A DNA stretch of 64,000 nt from Aulosira sp. ZfuVER01 (lineage in GTDB: Bacteria; Cyanobacteriota; Cyanobacteriia; Cyanobacteriales; Nostocaceae): positions 1 through 64,000 of the forward strand of contig JAVRCV020000023.1 in the NCBI GenBank assembly GCA_034530615.2. Reading direction: 5' to 3'. Position numbers and translations under genes: made by a program. This document shows positions 20,550 to 31,875 of the stretch, piece by piece; position 1 is the first letter of the stretch; each line of letters begins with the position of its first letter. The notes beneath the pieces were generated by a model. It saw only the letters and a list, made by a program, of their open reading frames with translations, was not told the origin of the DNA and made no database searches.

Positions 20550-21155
20550 TATAGAGTCCTGCCTTTGGTCTTTAAAAGTACCTTAGCCTTTTCAGTTTAA
20601 TGCGCTCACCAAGTAGTTATCCAAAGTATTTTTGAGTAAAATTTGATAACACTTTATTTGATGACCTACAGTAATCTTACGCATGATTTAATAATTGAGG
20701 ATGGAGTGCTTGACCCCGCATTTACGGGAATATAGATAGAAGGGTATGTGATGCAAATAACAGAAGTGCAAAATTTGCAAATCTGGTGGGTTGTGTATAC
20801 CTAATAATTGGGTTATTTAGGACAGTAGTTGCTGATTATCTGTGATGGGAAGATTGGGAATTTCTGAAAAAGGCTATATTCATTAATTTACATCATCAAC
20901 GTAAATTAATGACAACAATTGGTATAAATGTTTAACTCACAGGCGATAATGCAACTTCTGTCTAGCTATTTAAGTCATGGTTCATATTTGACGATGCCTG
21001 TAGCAAATGATGAAAAAACTAAACGGTCTTTCGGGTAAACGAGGGGTCAAACCCTCTGCTAATTTGCCAACAGCATCATTTATAGGGATTATTAATTTTG
21101 CGAAAAGTTTGCTCAACGGTGGGAACCCCCATACCGGAACTTTTCAAGACGAATT

Positions 21156-22403
21156 TTGAATTCGGAGCGAAGCGACGTGACTTTTTTGAGATGGAATTTT
21201 TACCACAGCAGAAAGCGGGCATTCTTTGCGATGATGCTTGCCTTGAGCTTGGTAGCTACTGTAATACTCTCGTTACCTTTAAATGCACAAAATCCGCCTT
21301 TGCGATCGCCTGGATCGGAATTAAGAGGTGTATGGTTAACAAATATTGATAGTAATGTGCTATTTGAAGGCAATCGCCTTAAACAATCTTTACAACGTTT
21401 GAGTGAACTCAATTTTAATACTGTATACCCCACAGTTTGGAATTGGGGTTATACCCTGTATCCTAGCAAAGTTGCAGCCAAAGAAACTGGGCGATCGCTC
21501 GATCCCGAACCCGGACTGCAAGGGCGAGATATGCTCAAAGAAGTGGTCGAAGAAGGACATAAGAAAGGTTTAACAGTCATTCCCTGGTTTGAATTTGGCT
21601 TTATGGCTCCGGCTGATTCCCAATTAGCCAAACTTCATTCCCAATGGCTAACGAATCGCAGTAACGGTACAAAAATTGTTAAAGAAGGTACACACGACCG
21701 CGTTTGGTTGAGTCCCTTTCGTCCAGATGTCCAAAAATTTATCCAAGATTTAATAGTTGAAATTGTTAAAAACTATAATATCGACGGGATTCAATTTGAT
21801 GACCATTTTGGATTGCCATCAGAATTAGGCTACGATCCTTACACAGTAGCGCTCTATAGAAAAGAACACCGCGGTCGTGCGCCTTCTTCTAATTTTAAAG
21901 ATCCAGAGTGGGTGGCGTGGAGAGCGAATAAAATTACCGAATTCATGAAGCGAGTATTCACAGCCATCAAAGCTGTGAAAAAAGACTGTATAGTATCTGT
22001 TGCACCAAATCCTCAGCGTTTTTCCTACGATTTCTTTTTGGCAGACTGGCAAAAATGGGAACGTATGGGAATAGTAGAAGACTTAGTTTTGCAGATCTAT
22101 CGCGATGACTTAAATGTTTTTATCAGCGAATTAGAGTACCCAGAAGTGAAAGCCGCACGCAGCCATATTCCCGTGAGTATCGGCATTTTATCTGGGTTGA
22201 AAGGCAAATCTATATCCATGCAACAAATTCAAACACAAGTACAAAAAGTACGCGATCGCAATTTTGCAGGAGTAGCGTTCTTTTTCTATGAAACCCTATG
22301 GAACCTTAGCAAAGAAAAACCCTTAGACCGTCAAACCAGCTTTCAGCAAATCTTCCCCACACGCACAGCCTACCCCAATCTACTAACAGGCTGGAAACCT
22401 TAG
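21156..22403 (+). CDS. Glycoside hydrolase-like 10 (GHL10/DUF187) family exported protein
   Basis: ELRGVWLTN, FNTVYPTVWNWG, IPWFEFG, YNIDGIQFDDHF; start uncertain (TTG 21156 or a later ATG). Confidence 0.9.
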   Translation: MNSERSDVTFLRWNFYHSRKRAFFAMMLALSLVATVILSLPLNAQNPPLRSPGSELRGVWLTNIDSNVLFEGNRLKQSLQRLSELNFNTVYPTVWNWGYTLYPSKVAAKETGRSLDPEPGLQGRDMLKEVVEEGHKKGLTVIPWFEFGFMAPADSQLAKLHSQWLTNRSNGTKIVKEGTHDRVWLSPFRPDVQKFIQDLIVEIVKNYNIDGIQFDDHFGLPSELGYDPYTVALYRKEHRGRAPSSNFKDPEWVAWRANKITEFMKRVFTAIKAVKKDCIVSVAPNPQRFSYDFFLADWQKWERMGIVEDLVLQIYRDDLNVFISELEYPEVKAARSHIPVSIGILSGLKGKSISMQQIQTQVQKVRDRNFAGVAFFFYETLWNLSKEKPLDRQTSFQQIFPTRTAYPNLLTGWKP

Positions 22404-22474
22404 GGAAAGCAGAGGTGCAGGGGAGCAGAGGCGCAGGGGAGCAGAGGTGCAAGGGAAGCAAGTTACCAATTATT

Positions 22475-22613
22475 CCCCCTTGTCCCCCTTGTCCTCCTTG
22501 TCCTCCCTGTCTCCCCACACTCCCCACACTCCCCACACTCCCCACACTTCCCACACTTCCCACACTCCCCACACTCCCCACACTCCCCACACTTCCCACA
22601 CTCCCCACACTCC
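22475..22613. repeat. STRR tandem repeats (CCCCTTGT, then CCCCACACT x about 11)
   Basis: Direct inspection; lies between convergent genes. Confidence 0.95.
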
Positions 22614-22620
22614 CTTCCTC

Positions 22621-24126
22621 TTACCCTCCGATTCCCAAACGCCCAGCCAAAGCGGGAGTTAAAGGTAAAAGGGTGCTAATCATCAAAAAGAGTGCCAAAA
22701 GACCTAAAGCAGCCCTAGCATCATCAGGTTCAGTAATTTCATTCAGGCTAGGGCGTTCTAAATCCCGTTGTAAAAACAGAATCAAAATTGCCCAGTACAT
22801 CGCCAAAGGATTTGCCAGGGATACGATACCCAGCAAAATTAAAGTTGCCAAGGTCGCCCTACCTGCGGTTTTGCGTCCATAAATCGCTTGGATCATGCGA
22901 CCACCATCTAATTGTCCTGCTGGCATTAAATTTAAGGCAGTAATGACTAACCCCAGCCAACCAATCACTACTAAAGGATGGACATTTACCAAAGGTGACT
23001 GTAACGCCGAACCAAGGACAACTCGCGCCAAGCTACCTACCAAAATCGATCCTTGGAAAAACTGATTTGGTATTTGAAATAAACTGCCTTGATGAGACAG
23101 CAACAAGCCAGCAATCAGCATTAACAAAGAAACTATACCGCCAGCTGCCGGCCCTGCTAAAGCTACATCAAATAGTACCGTGCGGTTGGGTAATAGTGAC
23201 TCAAAGCGGGTAATCGCACCAAAAGAGCCAATTTGCACAGCAGGTAGAAAGAAGGGCCAGCTAAGACGGACTTGGTGACGTTTAGCAAGTAGCCAATGAC
23301 CGATTTCATGAGCCACCAAAATCGTCAACAATCCAATACCGATAGGTAAGGTTTCTGGTAAACGTTGTGGTTGGGAAAATAAATCAAAACTCAGCAGTAA
23401 CCCCGCAGCTTCCAAGCTTGTAGTAATAGTGGCGATGAGCAGGATACCCGCAAATGCTTTTTGGGGTAATGACATCGGGCGCGGGTCATTCCGGCTGGGT
23501 AAGACAATTACTACAGGTTTACCGTCTGTATTCTCGACTAAAAATAAGCGATAGCGATCGCTTAGACGCTCCTGTAAACTGGCAGTCAAACGATTGTGAA
23601 TCTCCTGCGCCTCACCCCGCAAGTTGCCTTTAAAAATTACACCTTCCTGGTAGGGGATTGTTTCTGTAGCAAAAAATGTGTCAATTCCAAAAATGCCTTT
23701 AATTGCATTCAAATCATCTTCTGGAATTGACATTACCTCAATTTTCACTTCCCCGACTCCTGGGGGAGTGTTGGCATCTGGTGCAGTATTTAGTTCAGAT
23801 GAAGCCTCAGCAGCCAGCCTTTGGGTTGCTCTTTGCTTCAGTAGTGCATCTTGTCCGGCTGAACGTAGCTGCTTGCCTAAAAAGATATACAACCCAGCGG
23901 AGGCTACTACCAAAAACAATATACCCACTATGTTGATGTAAATTCCGGCTGCAAACAAACCAAAGAACAACAGCCAAGGAGCCATCAACACCACCGACTG
24001 TAACCAGGCCAAGATTCCCAGCTTACCAAAAGGTCTGGCGCGATAAAAGCCCCAACCCAAAATGCCAAAAGCTACCAGCACAATTGTCGCAACGATAGAA
24101 GTTTCCGATAAAGTAAACATCTCCAA
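22621..24126 (-). CDS. Site-2 protease (M50) family membrane metalloprotease
   Basis: AHEIGH zinc motif, ALAGP, NLMPAGQLDGG. Confidence 0.92.
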   Translation of the reverse strand: MEMFTLSETSIVATIVLVAFGILGWGFYRARPFGKLGILAWLQSVVLMAPWLLFFGLFAAGIYINIVGILFLVVASAGLYIFLGKQLRSAGQDALLKQRATQRLAAEASSELNTAPDANTPPGVGEVKIEVMSIPEDDLNAIKGIFGIDTFFATETIPYQEGVIFKGNLRGEAQEIHNRLTASLQERLSDRYRLFLVENTDGKPVVIVLPSRNDPRPMSLPQKAFAGILLIATITTSLEAAGLLLSFDLFSQPQRLPETLPIGIGLLTILVAHEIGHWLLAKRHQVRLSWPFFLPAVQIGSFGAITRFESLLPNRTVLFDVALAGPAAGGIVSLLMLIAGLLLSHQGSLFQIPNQFFQGSILVGSLARVVLGSALQSPLVNVHPLVVIGWLGLVITALNLMPAGQLDGGRMIQAIYGRKTAGRATLATLILLGIVSLANPLAMYWAILILFLQRDLERPSLNEITEPDDARAALGLLALFLMISTLLPLTPALAGRLGIGG

Positions 24127-24936
24127 ACCTTTGCTTTTGAAACCGAGCTAGTACAAGTCCGGTATGCAGATACATTATTTAATCTATAACGCCGCCTGTG
24201 GCTTACCCAAATTTTAGAAGGGGAAATGAGTGAAAATTTCTTGGCATTGCATAAATGCGCGACGATTTTCTGGATTTTCCTTGATGACGGACTGCGGGAA
24301 GGCGTCAGAGCAAACAAGTCAGGAAACTATTTCTGTGCAACTGTTCTAGAAAGCGGGAAGCCGACGCGATCGCTACCCTACTCTGCCTGCGAACAGGAAG
24401 GCTTCGTCTACGACAATTTTTGGCCCTTGACTCTTGACTGTCATAACGGAAGAGATAGCGGTTCTCGTTGAGATGCAATACACAATAGGGGACAGCATTG
24501 CTGTCTTCCTACCCCTGTACTTCACCAAGTTGCCATCTGCTGTATGTACCAGTTCCGTAAGTCTTGTGTGTAATTAATTTTGTTCAACTACTTACCTAAT
24601 ATTTAGCAACGCCATTTCTTTAGTTAAGGGTCAAGCCGAATTACTTCTTTAAATTTCAGCATTATCCACAAAGTAGTCTGTTTTACATCGCTACACACTT
24701 TTTCTTCACAAGAATCTTCCAATTCTTGCTTTTGTCTTTTTTTTGCAAGTCAAGGTTAATATTCTTAGTTTTAGAAACCCATTTTTAATGTTATTAATCA
24801 GGAAGTTAAGCCAACATTAGCTAGCAATTAGATTGTTGGTAGTTCATAATCAACGATCGTGTTACTATTCTGAAACTTGAAATAATCATGACTAAACTTT
24901 ATTACAAAAATTTAAAACATTATAGGTTGCAAGAAA

Positions 24937-27189
24937 GTGGAACTAAAATTTTATCAAGCAGAGCAAAAATATCGTCAGATAGTAGAACAAATTCCAGGTA
25001 ATTTTTATATCTTGCCAATTAATAGTAATGCTGAAGCTGCTTATATCAGTCCGCAGCTAAAACAGTTGCTGGGTATTTCTGTTGAAGATTGGCAGCCTAG
25101 TGCTTTATATAGTTGGTCAGATTATGTTCATCCCTGCGATCGCGATCGCGTTTGGCAAGCCGTAAAAACTACAATTTCTACTGGCGAACCTTTGAGCGTT
25201 GAGTATCGCATGATTACTCATCATGGCAGAACAATTTGGGTACGAGATCAAGCCAATCTTGTTCTCTATGTTGATGGGCAAACGCAGGTACTTGAGGGTT
25301 TGTTGCTTGATATCAGCAATTATAAAGAAGTAGAAGAAATACTCAGGCAAAGTGAAGAACGCTATCGTGCCATTGTTGAAGATCAAACGGAATTAATTAC
25401 TCGAATCTTGCCAGATGGGAGTATTAGCTTTGTTAATGAAGCTTTTTGTCGATTTTTTGGGCTGAAGCGGGAAGAGATTATCGCGCAGCAATACGAACCT
25501 GTTGTGTTTGAGGAAGATCGCCAACGTGTAGTTAGTCTGATAAATTCTATTAACTTAGAAAACCCCGTTGTTAAGATTGAAAATCGGGTTATAGCTTGCG
25601 GACAAGTGCGTTGGACGCAGTGGAATAATCGAGGGATATTTGACGATCGCGGTAACATTGTAGAAATTCAATCGGTTGGACGAGATATTACCGATGTCTA
25701 CGACGAGCTTCACTTACGCAAGCAAGTTGAAGAAGCATTGCGCTCAAGCCAAGAATTCTTAGAAAAGGTTGCTAATACCGTACCGCAGATTTTGTATCTA
25801 TTTGACCTTTTACAAGGAACAAGCACCTATCTTAACCAGCGAACTGAGACAATTTTAGGCTATTCTGTGGAAGAAATTTGTGGAGCAGATCCGCAATGGT
25901 TATTGAATTGCTTTCATCCCAACGACCAACACCTTTGCTATGACGTACCAAGCCGCTTCACCAAACTTAGCGACAATGAAGTTCTTTCCACCGAATACCA
26001 ATTCCGGCATAAAAATGGCCAGTGGCGTTGGTTAAATACACGAGAAGTTATATTTGCCAGAGATGCTAACGGTACTCCAACACAGATTCTTGGTTCAGTG
26101 GAAGATATTACCACTCGCAAAACTGCTGAAGCTTTACTGCAACAACAAGCGCAGCGCGAACGGCTAATTACTGAACTAACTCAACAGATTCGCCAATCAC
26201 TAAATTTAGACGAGGTTCTGAATACGACGGTAAACAGTATTCGGCAGTGCTTGCGCTCAGACTCTGTAGCTATTTACCAAATACAATCTGACGGTGGTGG
26301 AAATTTTGTAGCGGAATCATTGGGCGATCGCTATCCCAAGATTTTAGAGCAAACATTGCACCCATTTTTGCTTAAAAAATATTTCAGCCATTATGTCCAA
26401 GGACTACCTATAGTGGTGCATGATATTCAACATTTTAGTTTTTCAGCCGATGATGTTGATTTTTTACAACGCTATCAGATCAAGGCAGCTATAGTAGTAC
26501 CGATTTTGAATGGGAACGATCTGTGGGGTTTACTAATTGCTCACCAGTATGCTGCACCTCGTCACTGGCAGACGTTTGAAGTTAATTTGTTGCAGGAGTT
26601 GGCAAATCAGGTAGCGATCGCTATTCATCAATCAATACTCTATCAACAGACACAAGTTGCCAATGAAAAACTACAAAGATTAGCGACTCTAGATGGCTTG
26701 ACTCAAATAGCTAATCGGCGTCGATTTGATGAGTATCTCGAAGTTCAGTGGAAGCAACATCAACGAGAGCAATTGCCGTTGTCTTTGATTTTGTTTGATG
26801 TTGATTGTTTTAAAACCTACAACGATACCTACGGTCATTTAGCCGGAGATGATTGTTTGCGACAATTAGCAAATGCACTCAAACGTGTTGTCCAGCGCCC
26901 CACCGACTTAGTAGCCCGTTACGGTGGAGAAGAATTTACTGTAATTCTGCCTCTTACAGAGGTGCAAGGAGCAATCCATGTCGCTCAAGCCATTCGACAA
27001 GCAGTACATAACTTGGCTATTCCTCATGCTCAGTCTAGTGTCTGTAACTGTGTCACTATCAGCCTAGGCATTGTCAGCATTGTGCCAAATCCAAAGTTTT
27101 CTCCATCAGACCTCATTAATGCAGCTGACAAAGCACTTTATACAGCCAAACAGCAGGGGCGCGATCGCTTAGTATCGTTTGCTGTGTAA
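24937..27189 (+). CDS. PAS/GAF diguanylate cyclase
   Basis: Three PAS domains, a GAF domain, DGLTQIANRRRFD, RPTD I-site, ARYGGEEF; GTG start uncertain. Confidence 0.93.
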   Translation: MELKFYQAEQKYRQIVEQIPGNFYILPINSNAEAAYISPQLKQLLGISVEDWQPSALYSWSDYVHPCDRDRVWQAVKTTISTGEPLSVEYRMITHHGRTIWVRDQANLVLYVDGQTQVLEGLLLDISNYKEVEEILRQSEERYRAIVEDQTELITRILPDGSISFVNEAFCRFFGLKREEIIAQQYEPVVFEEDRQRVVSLINSINLENPVVKIENRVIACGQVRWTQWNNRGIFDDRGNIVEIQSVGRDITDVYDELHLRKQVEEALRSSQEFLEKVANTVPQILYLFDLLQGTSTYLNQRTETILGYSVEEICGADPQWLLNCFHPNDQHLCYDVPSRFTKLSDNEVLSTEYQFRHKNGQWRWLNTREVIFARDANGTPTQILGSVEDITTRKTAEALLQQQAQRERLITELTQQIRQSLNLDEVLNTTVNSIRQCLRSDSVAIYQIQSDGGGNFVAESLGDRYPKILEQTLHPFLLKKYFSHYVQGLPIVVHDIQHFSFSADDVDFLQRYQIKAAIVVPILNGNDLWGLLIAHQYAAPRHWQTFEVNLLQELANQVAIAIHQSILYQQTQVANEKLQRLATLDGLTQIANRRRFDEYLEVQWKQHQREQLPLSLILFDVDCFKTYNDTYGHLAGDDCLRQLANALKRVVQRPTDLVARYGGEEFTVILPLTEVQGAIHVAQAIRQAVHNLAIPHAQSSVCNCVTISLGIVSIVPNPKFSPSDLINAADKALYTAKQQGRDRLVSFAV
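25691..25719. mobile_element. 21-nt SDR5-like in-frame insertion in a HIP1-like site inside the DGC gene
   Basis: CCGAT-[GTCTACGACGAGCTTCACTTA]-CGC converts DITDRK to DITD-VYDELHL-RK. Confidence 0.8.
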
Positions 27190-27319
27190 TAATGCCTACA
27201 CTCACCTGATAACATTAAAAATACAAAAAGGCAAAAATAAAAATAAACTTTTTTACTTTTGCCTTTTAACAGTAGGGAATAGATGTGTTAGTTAATTTAA
27301 AAATATTCTTTATGCAATT

Positions 27320-27727
27320 CTACATTGGCAACCCAGGTAATCCTCTTAAATTGCGCAAAGCACTAACACAAGCAGGGCAATCACAACCAAATAATTTTAT
27401 AGCTGCATTACTTTCTTCATCAGTAAATTCTAGTTTGGCAGGATCGGTGCTTGTGACTTGGTTGGATGCAACCACTTGTGTTGCTTGAGAAGCAACAGCG
27501 TTATTATTAGTCCGCCGAATACAGACTAAAGGTGTGGGATAAGAGCCATGCGGGGAATGTACACAAGCACGACCATCAGCAGTATAAATGACTGGAGTTG
27601 ATCGGAGAGATACTGCATGAGCAGGCTGAGTCAGCATCACCATAGACAGCATAGATGTAAATACTGTAGGGGTGGAGAGCAAATGCAACAGAAATTTTTT
27701 GTTCATATCATTAAGAACCTTTTTCAA
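27320..27727 (-). CDS. Small exported hypothetical protein with C-terminal GCDCPAC motif
   Basis: Signal-like N-terminus ending PAHA; EFTDEESNAAIKLFGCDCPACVSALR. Confidence 0.75.
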   Translation of the reverse strand: MKKVLNDMNKKFLLHLLSTPTVFTSMLSMVMLTQPAHAVSLRSTPVIYTADGRACVHSPHGSYPTPLVCIRRTNNNAVASQATQVVASNQVTSTDPAKLEFTDEESNAAIKLFGCDCPACVSALRNLRGLPGLPM

Positions 27728-28001
27728 GTAAGTAAAACTAAACTAGTAAATTGGTCGCTTCCTTGGTGATGAGTCTTTTACATTTTTATCCGCAACTTTT
27801 TTACACTTGGCGGTGAAAAATAAAAGAGTAAGATGAATTTTACCAGAAGCAATTTATCAAATATATATCTGTAGAAGTATTCTCTATATGACATTGGTAT
27901 GTCATTTATGTGTCACTCATGAAACATCTTTAGATAAATAATTTTTTGTAGAGTTATTAGAGTTGGGAAAAGATAAAGACAAGGGGGACAAGGGAGAAAT
28001 A

Positions 28002-28049
28002 ACCAATGCCCAATGCCCCATGCCCCATGCCCCATGCCCCATGCCCCAT
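28002..28049. repeat. STRR heptamer repeat (CCCATGC/CCAATGC)n
   Basis: Direct inspection, just downstream of purE. Confidence 0.9.
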
Positions 28050-28050
28050 C

Positions 28051-28560
28051 TCACTGTAAATATTGTTCGTAGCCCAGTTGTTCTAGTTTTGCTTGCTTTG
28101 CCATGACTGATTCGGATAAGGTTTTACGGTATTGTTGTACTTTTTCTAGTAATTCTGGTTGGTGCGTAGCGAGAATTTGTACTGCTAAGAGTCCAGCATT
28201 TTTGGCATTACCGATAGCTACTGTTGCCACGGGAATACCAGCAGGCATCTGTACAATTGAATACAAAGAATCTACACCTTGCAAGTTCCGGGTAGCGACA
28301 GGAACACCGATTACAGGCAGTGGAGTTAAAGAAGCTACCATTCCCGGAAGATGAGCCGCACCACCAGCACCAGCGATAATCACCTTAATGCCACGTTGGT
28401 GTGCTTGTTGGGCGTATTGCACCATGCGTTCTGGAGTACGATGAGCAGAAACGATCGCTACTTCGCGTTCAATGCCAAATTCGTCACAAACTGCGATCGC
28501 ATCTTTCATCGTGGGCAAATCAGAATCGCTGCCCATGATAATACCGACAAGGGGAGCCAT
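28051..28560 (-). CDS. purE: N5-carboxyaminoimidazole ribonucleotide mutase
   Basis: [42 protein letters not shown]. Confidence 0.97.
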   Translation of the reverse strand: MAPLVGIIMGSDSDLPTMKDAIAVCDEFGIEREVAIVSAHRTPERMVQYAQQAHQRGIKVIIAGAGGAAHLPGMVASLTPLPVIGVPVATRNLQGVDSLYSIVQMPAGIPVATVAIGNAKNAGLLAVQILATHQPELLEKVQQYRKTLSESVMAKQAKLEQLGYEQYLQ

Positions 28561-28646
28561 AGAATTTTAGATTTTGGATTTGGGATTTTGGATTATTGCT
28601 AACTGTTCTATCTAAAATCAGATTTAGCTATTTTCCCGCCAATGTG

Positions 28647-29822
28647 ATGACTAAAGCAACACCAAGTGCGATCGCTACGAATTTCGATATTATCAATGCC
28701 CGCATCCCAGGTTACAAAGACTTGCAGATGCTTTTAATTAATCAACAGGGCGTGATTGAGCAAATCCTGCCAATGGGTACTGTATTTAAACGGGTTCCTT
28801 CCCCAGGCTTGCCAGTGTTGGATGTTGCAGGCGATTGGATTTCCTTGGGTGGTGTTGATTTGCAGATTAACGGGGCGTTAGGTTTAGCTTTTCCCGAATT
28901 GCAAGCTGATAATGCTCACTTACTGCCAAAAATATCCCAATTTTTATGGGATGTGGGGGTAGATGGTTTTTTACCCACATTGGTGACAACTTCAGTAGAT
29001 AATATACAGCGATCGCTAGCTTTAATTGCTGCTTTTATCCAAAGTCAAAAAGTAGGTGCCCAGATTCTCGGTGTACATCTTGAAGGACCGTTTTTAAATG
29101 CGCAAAAACGCGGCGCACATCCAGCAGAATATCTTTTACCTTTAACAATTGAGCAAGTAAAGCGGGTTTTGGGCGATTATGCCCAGATTGTCAAAGTCAT
29201 CACCCTAGCGCCAGAGTTAGATCCTACTGATGAAGTTATCCCATATTTGCGTTCTTTAGGCATCACTGTCAGTTTAGGGCATTCTCAAGCCACTGCCACC
29301 CAAGCACAACGTGCTTTTGATTTAGGTGCAACAATGGTAACTCACGCCTTCAATGCCATGCCCCCATTACATCACCGCGAACCAGGATTATTAGGAGCAG
29401 CAATTATCCATCCTGAAGTGATGTGTGGTTTTATTGCCGATGGACAGCACATTGCACCGACAATGCTGCAAATTCTCCTCCGTGCTACCGAAGGACTATT
29501 TCTCGTCAGCGATGCTCTTGCACCTTTGGGGCTACCCGATGGGGTGTATCCTTGGGACAGTCGGCAAATAGAAGTGAAAAACGGCACGGCACGACTACCT
29601 GATGGGACTTTATCAGGGACAACATTACCTTTATTGGTAGGTGTGCAGAATTTGGTGAACTGGGGGATTTGTGATGTAGAAAAAGCCATCGCCCTCGCTA
29701 CCGATGCACCCAGAAAAGCGATCGCTAACCCTGGAATATCTCCCAATCAACCCGCCAATTTATTGCGCTGGCATTGGGATGAAGCTACAAAAGAACTAAC
29801 TTGGCAGCGATTATTTAATTAA
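28647..29822 (+). CDS. nagA: N-acetylglucosamine-6-phosphate deacetylase
   Basis: DLQINGA, GVHLEGPFL..KRGAHP, TLAPE, SLGHS, THAFNAM, IADGQH; ATG 28647 preferred. Confidence 0.93.
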   Translation: MTKATPSAIATNFDIINARIPGYKDLQMLLINQQGVIEQILPMGTVFKRVPSPGLPVLDVAGDWISLGGVDLQINGALGLAFPELQADNAHLLPKISQFLWDVGVDGFLPTLVTTSVDNIQRSLALIAAFIQSQKVGAQILGVHLEGPFLNAQKRGAHPAEYLLPLTIEQVKRVLGDYAQIVKVITLAPELDPTDEVIPYLRSLGITVSLGHSQATATQAQRAFDLGATMVTHAFNAMPPLHHREPGLLGAAIIHPEVMCGFIADGQHIAPTMLQILLRATEGLFLVSDALAPLGLPDGVYPWDSRQIEVKNGTARLPDGTLSGTTLPLLVGVQNLVNWGICDVEKAIALATDAPRKAIANPGISPNQPANLLRWHWDEATKELTWQRLFN

Positions 29823-30002
29823 TGCAGAAAGTCAGAAAATAGAACGCTTAATTTCTTACTGGCTAATGCGATACCTAGATTTTTGGGAATATCCGCAGCC
29901 AATTATCAGCAACTTCTTTGTGCGGTTGAAGATACGCGATCGCTTAATGTCGTGTTTTGCGGGTTAATCGATATCATTCCATCAAGCAGTAACACCAGCT
30001 AT

Positions 30003-31400
30003 TTAGTTTACACAGGTAATCATCTCAAGGTCTTTCTTAAAACTAATTAACTCTAAATGCGCCGGATTGGCTACTAGTTCTTTTGCCATTAAGAACCCAG
30101 AGATAGTCCAAGTTTGATATTTCCTAGCTTCTTTTCCAATTAATCGACCGTTTTTACCATCATAGTATTCTGGCCATTGATCTTGGCTGAGGCGGCTTTG
30201 AGCTACATTAATGGCTTTGTTCGCAAGTTCTACTCGACCTGTTTTGAGCGCCGCAGCTACCAGCAACCAAAGTAAAACAGGCCAATTCCCTCCATTATGG
30301 TAAGACCAGGCTCTATTTTTCGGGTCTGAACCAGTAACGATTTTCCACTCTAAACCTTCTAAAGCTGGAAAACAAATTTTCATCGGCATCGAGCCAATTA
30401 AATCATGCCAGCGTTGTTCGATCAGATCCATAATCATTTGAGATTCTTGCTCACTTGCCAAGGAAACTAGAATTGCCATCAAGTTCCCCAAGCCAAAGAA
30501 GCGAAAATCTAGCTGTGAAGGCCCTAAATTCCCTGCCAAATAGCCTCCAGTTTCGGGTAGCCATTCGGTTAACCAATGAGGAATAGACTCAGGATAAATA
30601 TTGAACTTATTCGCAACTTCTTTACCAAATTCTTCACCTTTGTAGCGATAAATTTCGTTTAAGCGATTGATATCTATCCAATAATATTCTTTGACATGAT
30701 ACTCAAGCGCTGCCAAGCGTCGATTCACTATTTGAAGAGATTGTACACCACTATCATTTGGTAAAAGCAACTCACTTGCTGCTAGTAAAGCTGCATAAAA
30801 TAGCACTTGAATTTCTAAGGGGTTGCCATAAACTCCCATGCGACGGTCAATCATAAAAGCACCGTCTGGAACTAACATGGTTGGGTACATGGCAAACCGA
30901 TGCACTAAGCAGAAATCTAAAATTAACTTGATACCTTGTTGAAATTCTGGCTGATAAGCTAAGGAAATATCTTTTGTCGCTTTCACATAAGCTCGTAACA
31001 AGATAATCCACCACAGACAAGAATCGACTGGTGGAACTCTGCCAATGGCGTGTTCGCCAAAATCAGCAATCAAAACTTGCTTTCTATCTACGATATCCAC
31101 TTTGAAACTTGCAGGCATCAATCCTGGGCCTGGCTTAAAAAAGTCCATTTGCTTTTCATGACTCTGCAACCCTAGAGTCTCAATTAAAAAATTGCGAACA
31201 ATCTCTGCTTTTCCTTGGCTGAGAAAAACCAAACCTGAAATTACAAAGTCACGGATAAAGCACTGGTCATAGTTGAGAGATGCTCTTTGGGAGTCACAAG
31301 CTGCTAATGTGCCAATTGGGCGTTTCTTATAGAAAATAAGCGAGTTTTCCAGTAACTTCCAAGCTTCGGTAATGGATTTAGTTTTTACACTTATAGCCAT
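30003..31400 (-). CDS. invA: Alkaline/neutral invertase (GH100), InvA-like
   Basis: [40 protein letters not shown]; InvA versus InvB assignment is from memory. Confidence 0.85.
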   Translation of the reverse strand: MAISVKTKSITEAWKLLENSLIFYKKRPIGTLAACDSQRASLNYDQCFIRDFVISGLVFLSQGKAEIVRNFLIETLGLQSHEKQMDFFKPGPGLMPASFKVDIVDRKQVLIADFGEHAIGRVPPVDSCLWWIILLRAYVKATKDISLAYQPEFQQGIKLILDFCLVHRFAMYPTMLVPDGAFMIDRRMGVYGNPLEIQVLFYAALLAASELLLPNDSGVQSLQIVNRRLAALEYHVKEYYWIDINRLNEIYRYKGEEFGKEVANKFNIYPESIPHWLTEWLPETGGYLAGNLGPSQLDFRFFGLGNLMAILVSLASEQESQMIMDLIEQRWHDLIGSMPMKICFPALEGLEWKIVTGSDPKNRAWSYHNGGNWPVLLWLLVAAALKTGRVELANKAINVAQSRLSQDQWPEYYDGKNGRLIGKEARKYQTWTISGFLMAKELVANPAHLELISFKKDLEMITCVN

Positions 31401-31440
31401 AAGCGAATTATCCTGTGTATTTTACACTCCATAAGTAGCA

Positions 31441-31475
31441 GCGATGTCTCACGACAAGCGGCTTTCCGTCTACGC
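31441..31475. mobile_element. 27-nt small dispersed repeat inserted into a HIP1 site
   Basis: GCGAT-[GTCTCACGACAAGCGGCTTTCCGTCTA]-CGC, 40 bp upstream of the invertase start. Confidence 0.75.
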
Positions 31476-31875
31476 ACTGCGGTACTGGTTACTGGAAATA
31501 GCAAAATTGTCAACAGGCGATATAAATAGAATGACTTAATCAATAGCCTTCTGCCCTCATACCTCCGTATTAGTTCTCAGGGAGACATTAGGTATGTTTC
31601 TATAAAAACAGTTTTTCCAGAAACATTCTATAGTCGCAACTTTCAAACTCAGTCAATCTATCATTGGTAGAAAAACAGCAGATGACTGAGGAAAATTACG
31701 CTTCCTACTAAAATATTTCACCGAGTCTGAAGGCAAATAAAGTCAAACAAGAGATGAGTTAGATGTTTAGCTTGTGATACTGTTCAAATCTCTTCACAAA
31801 TCCTAAAAGTGCTTTGATGGCTTTTCCCCAGGATGATTAAGATATAGGTATTTGACCTGATGGGTGTTGATACTC

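Noticed and set aside
22475..22613. Possible CRISPR array
   Set aside because: Contiguous 8-9-nt units with no spacers; no cas genes or repeat-spacer array seen anywhere in the window.
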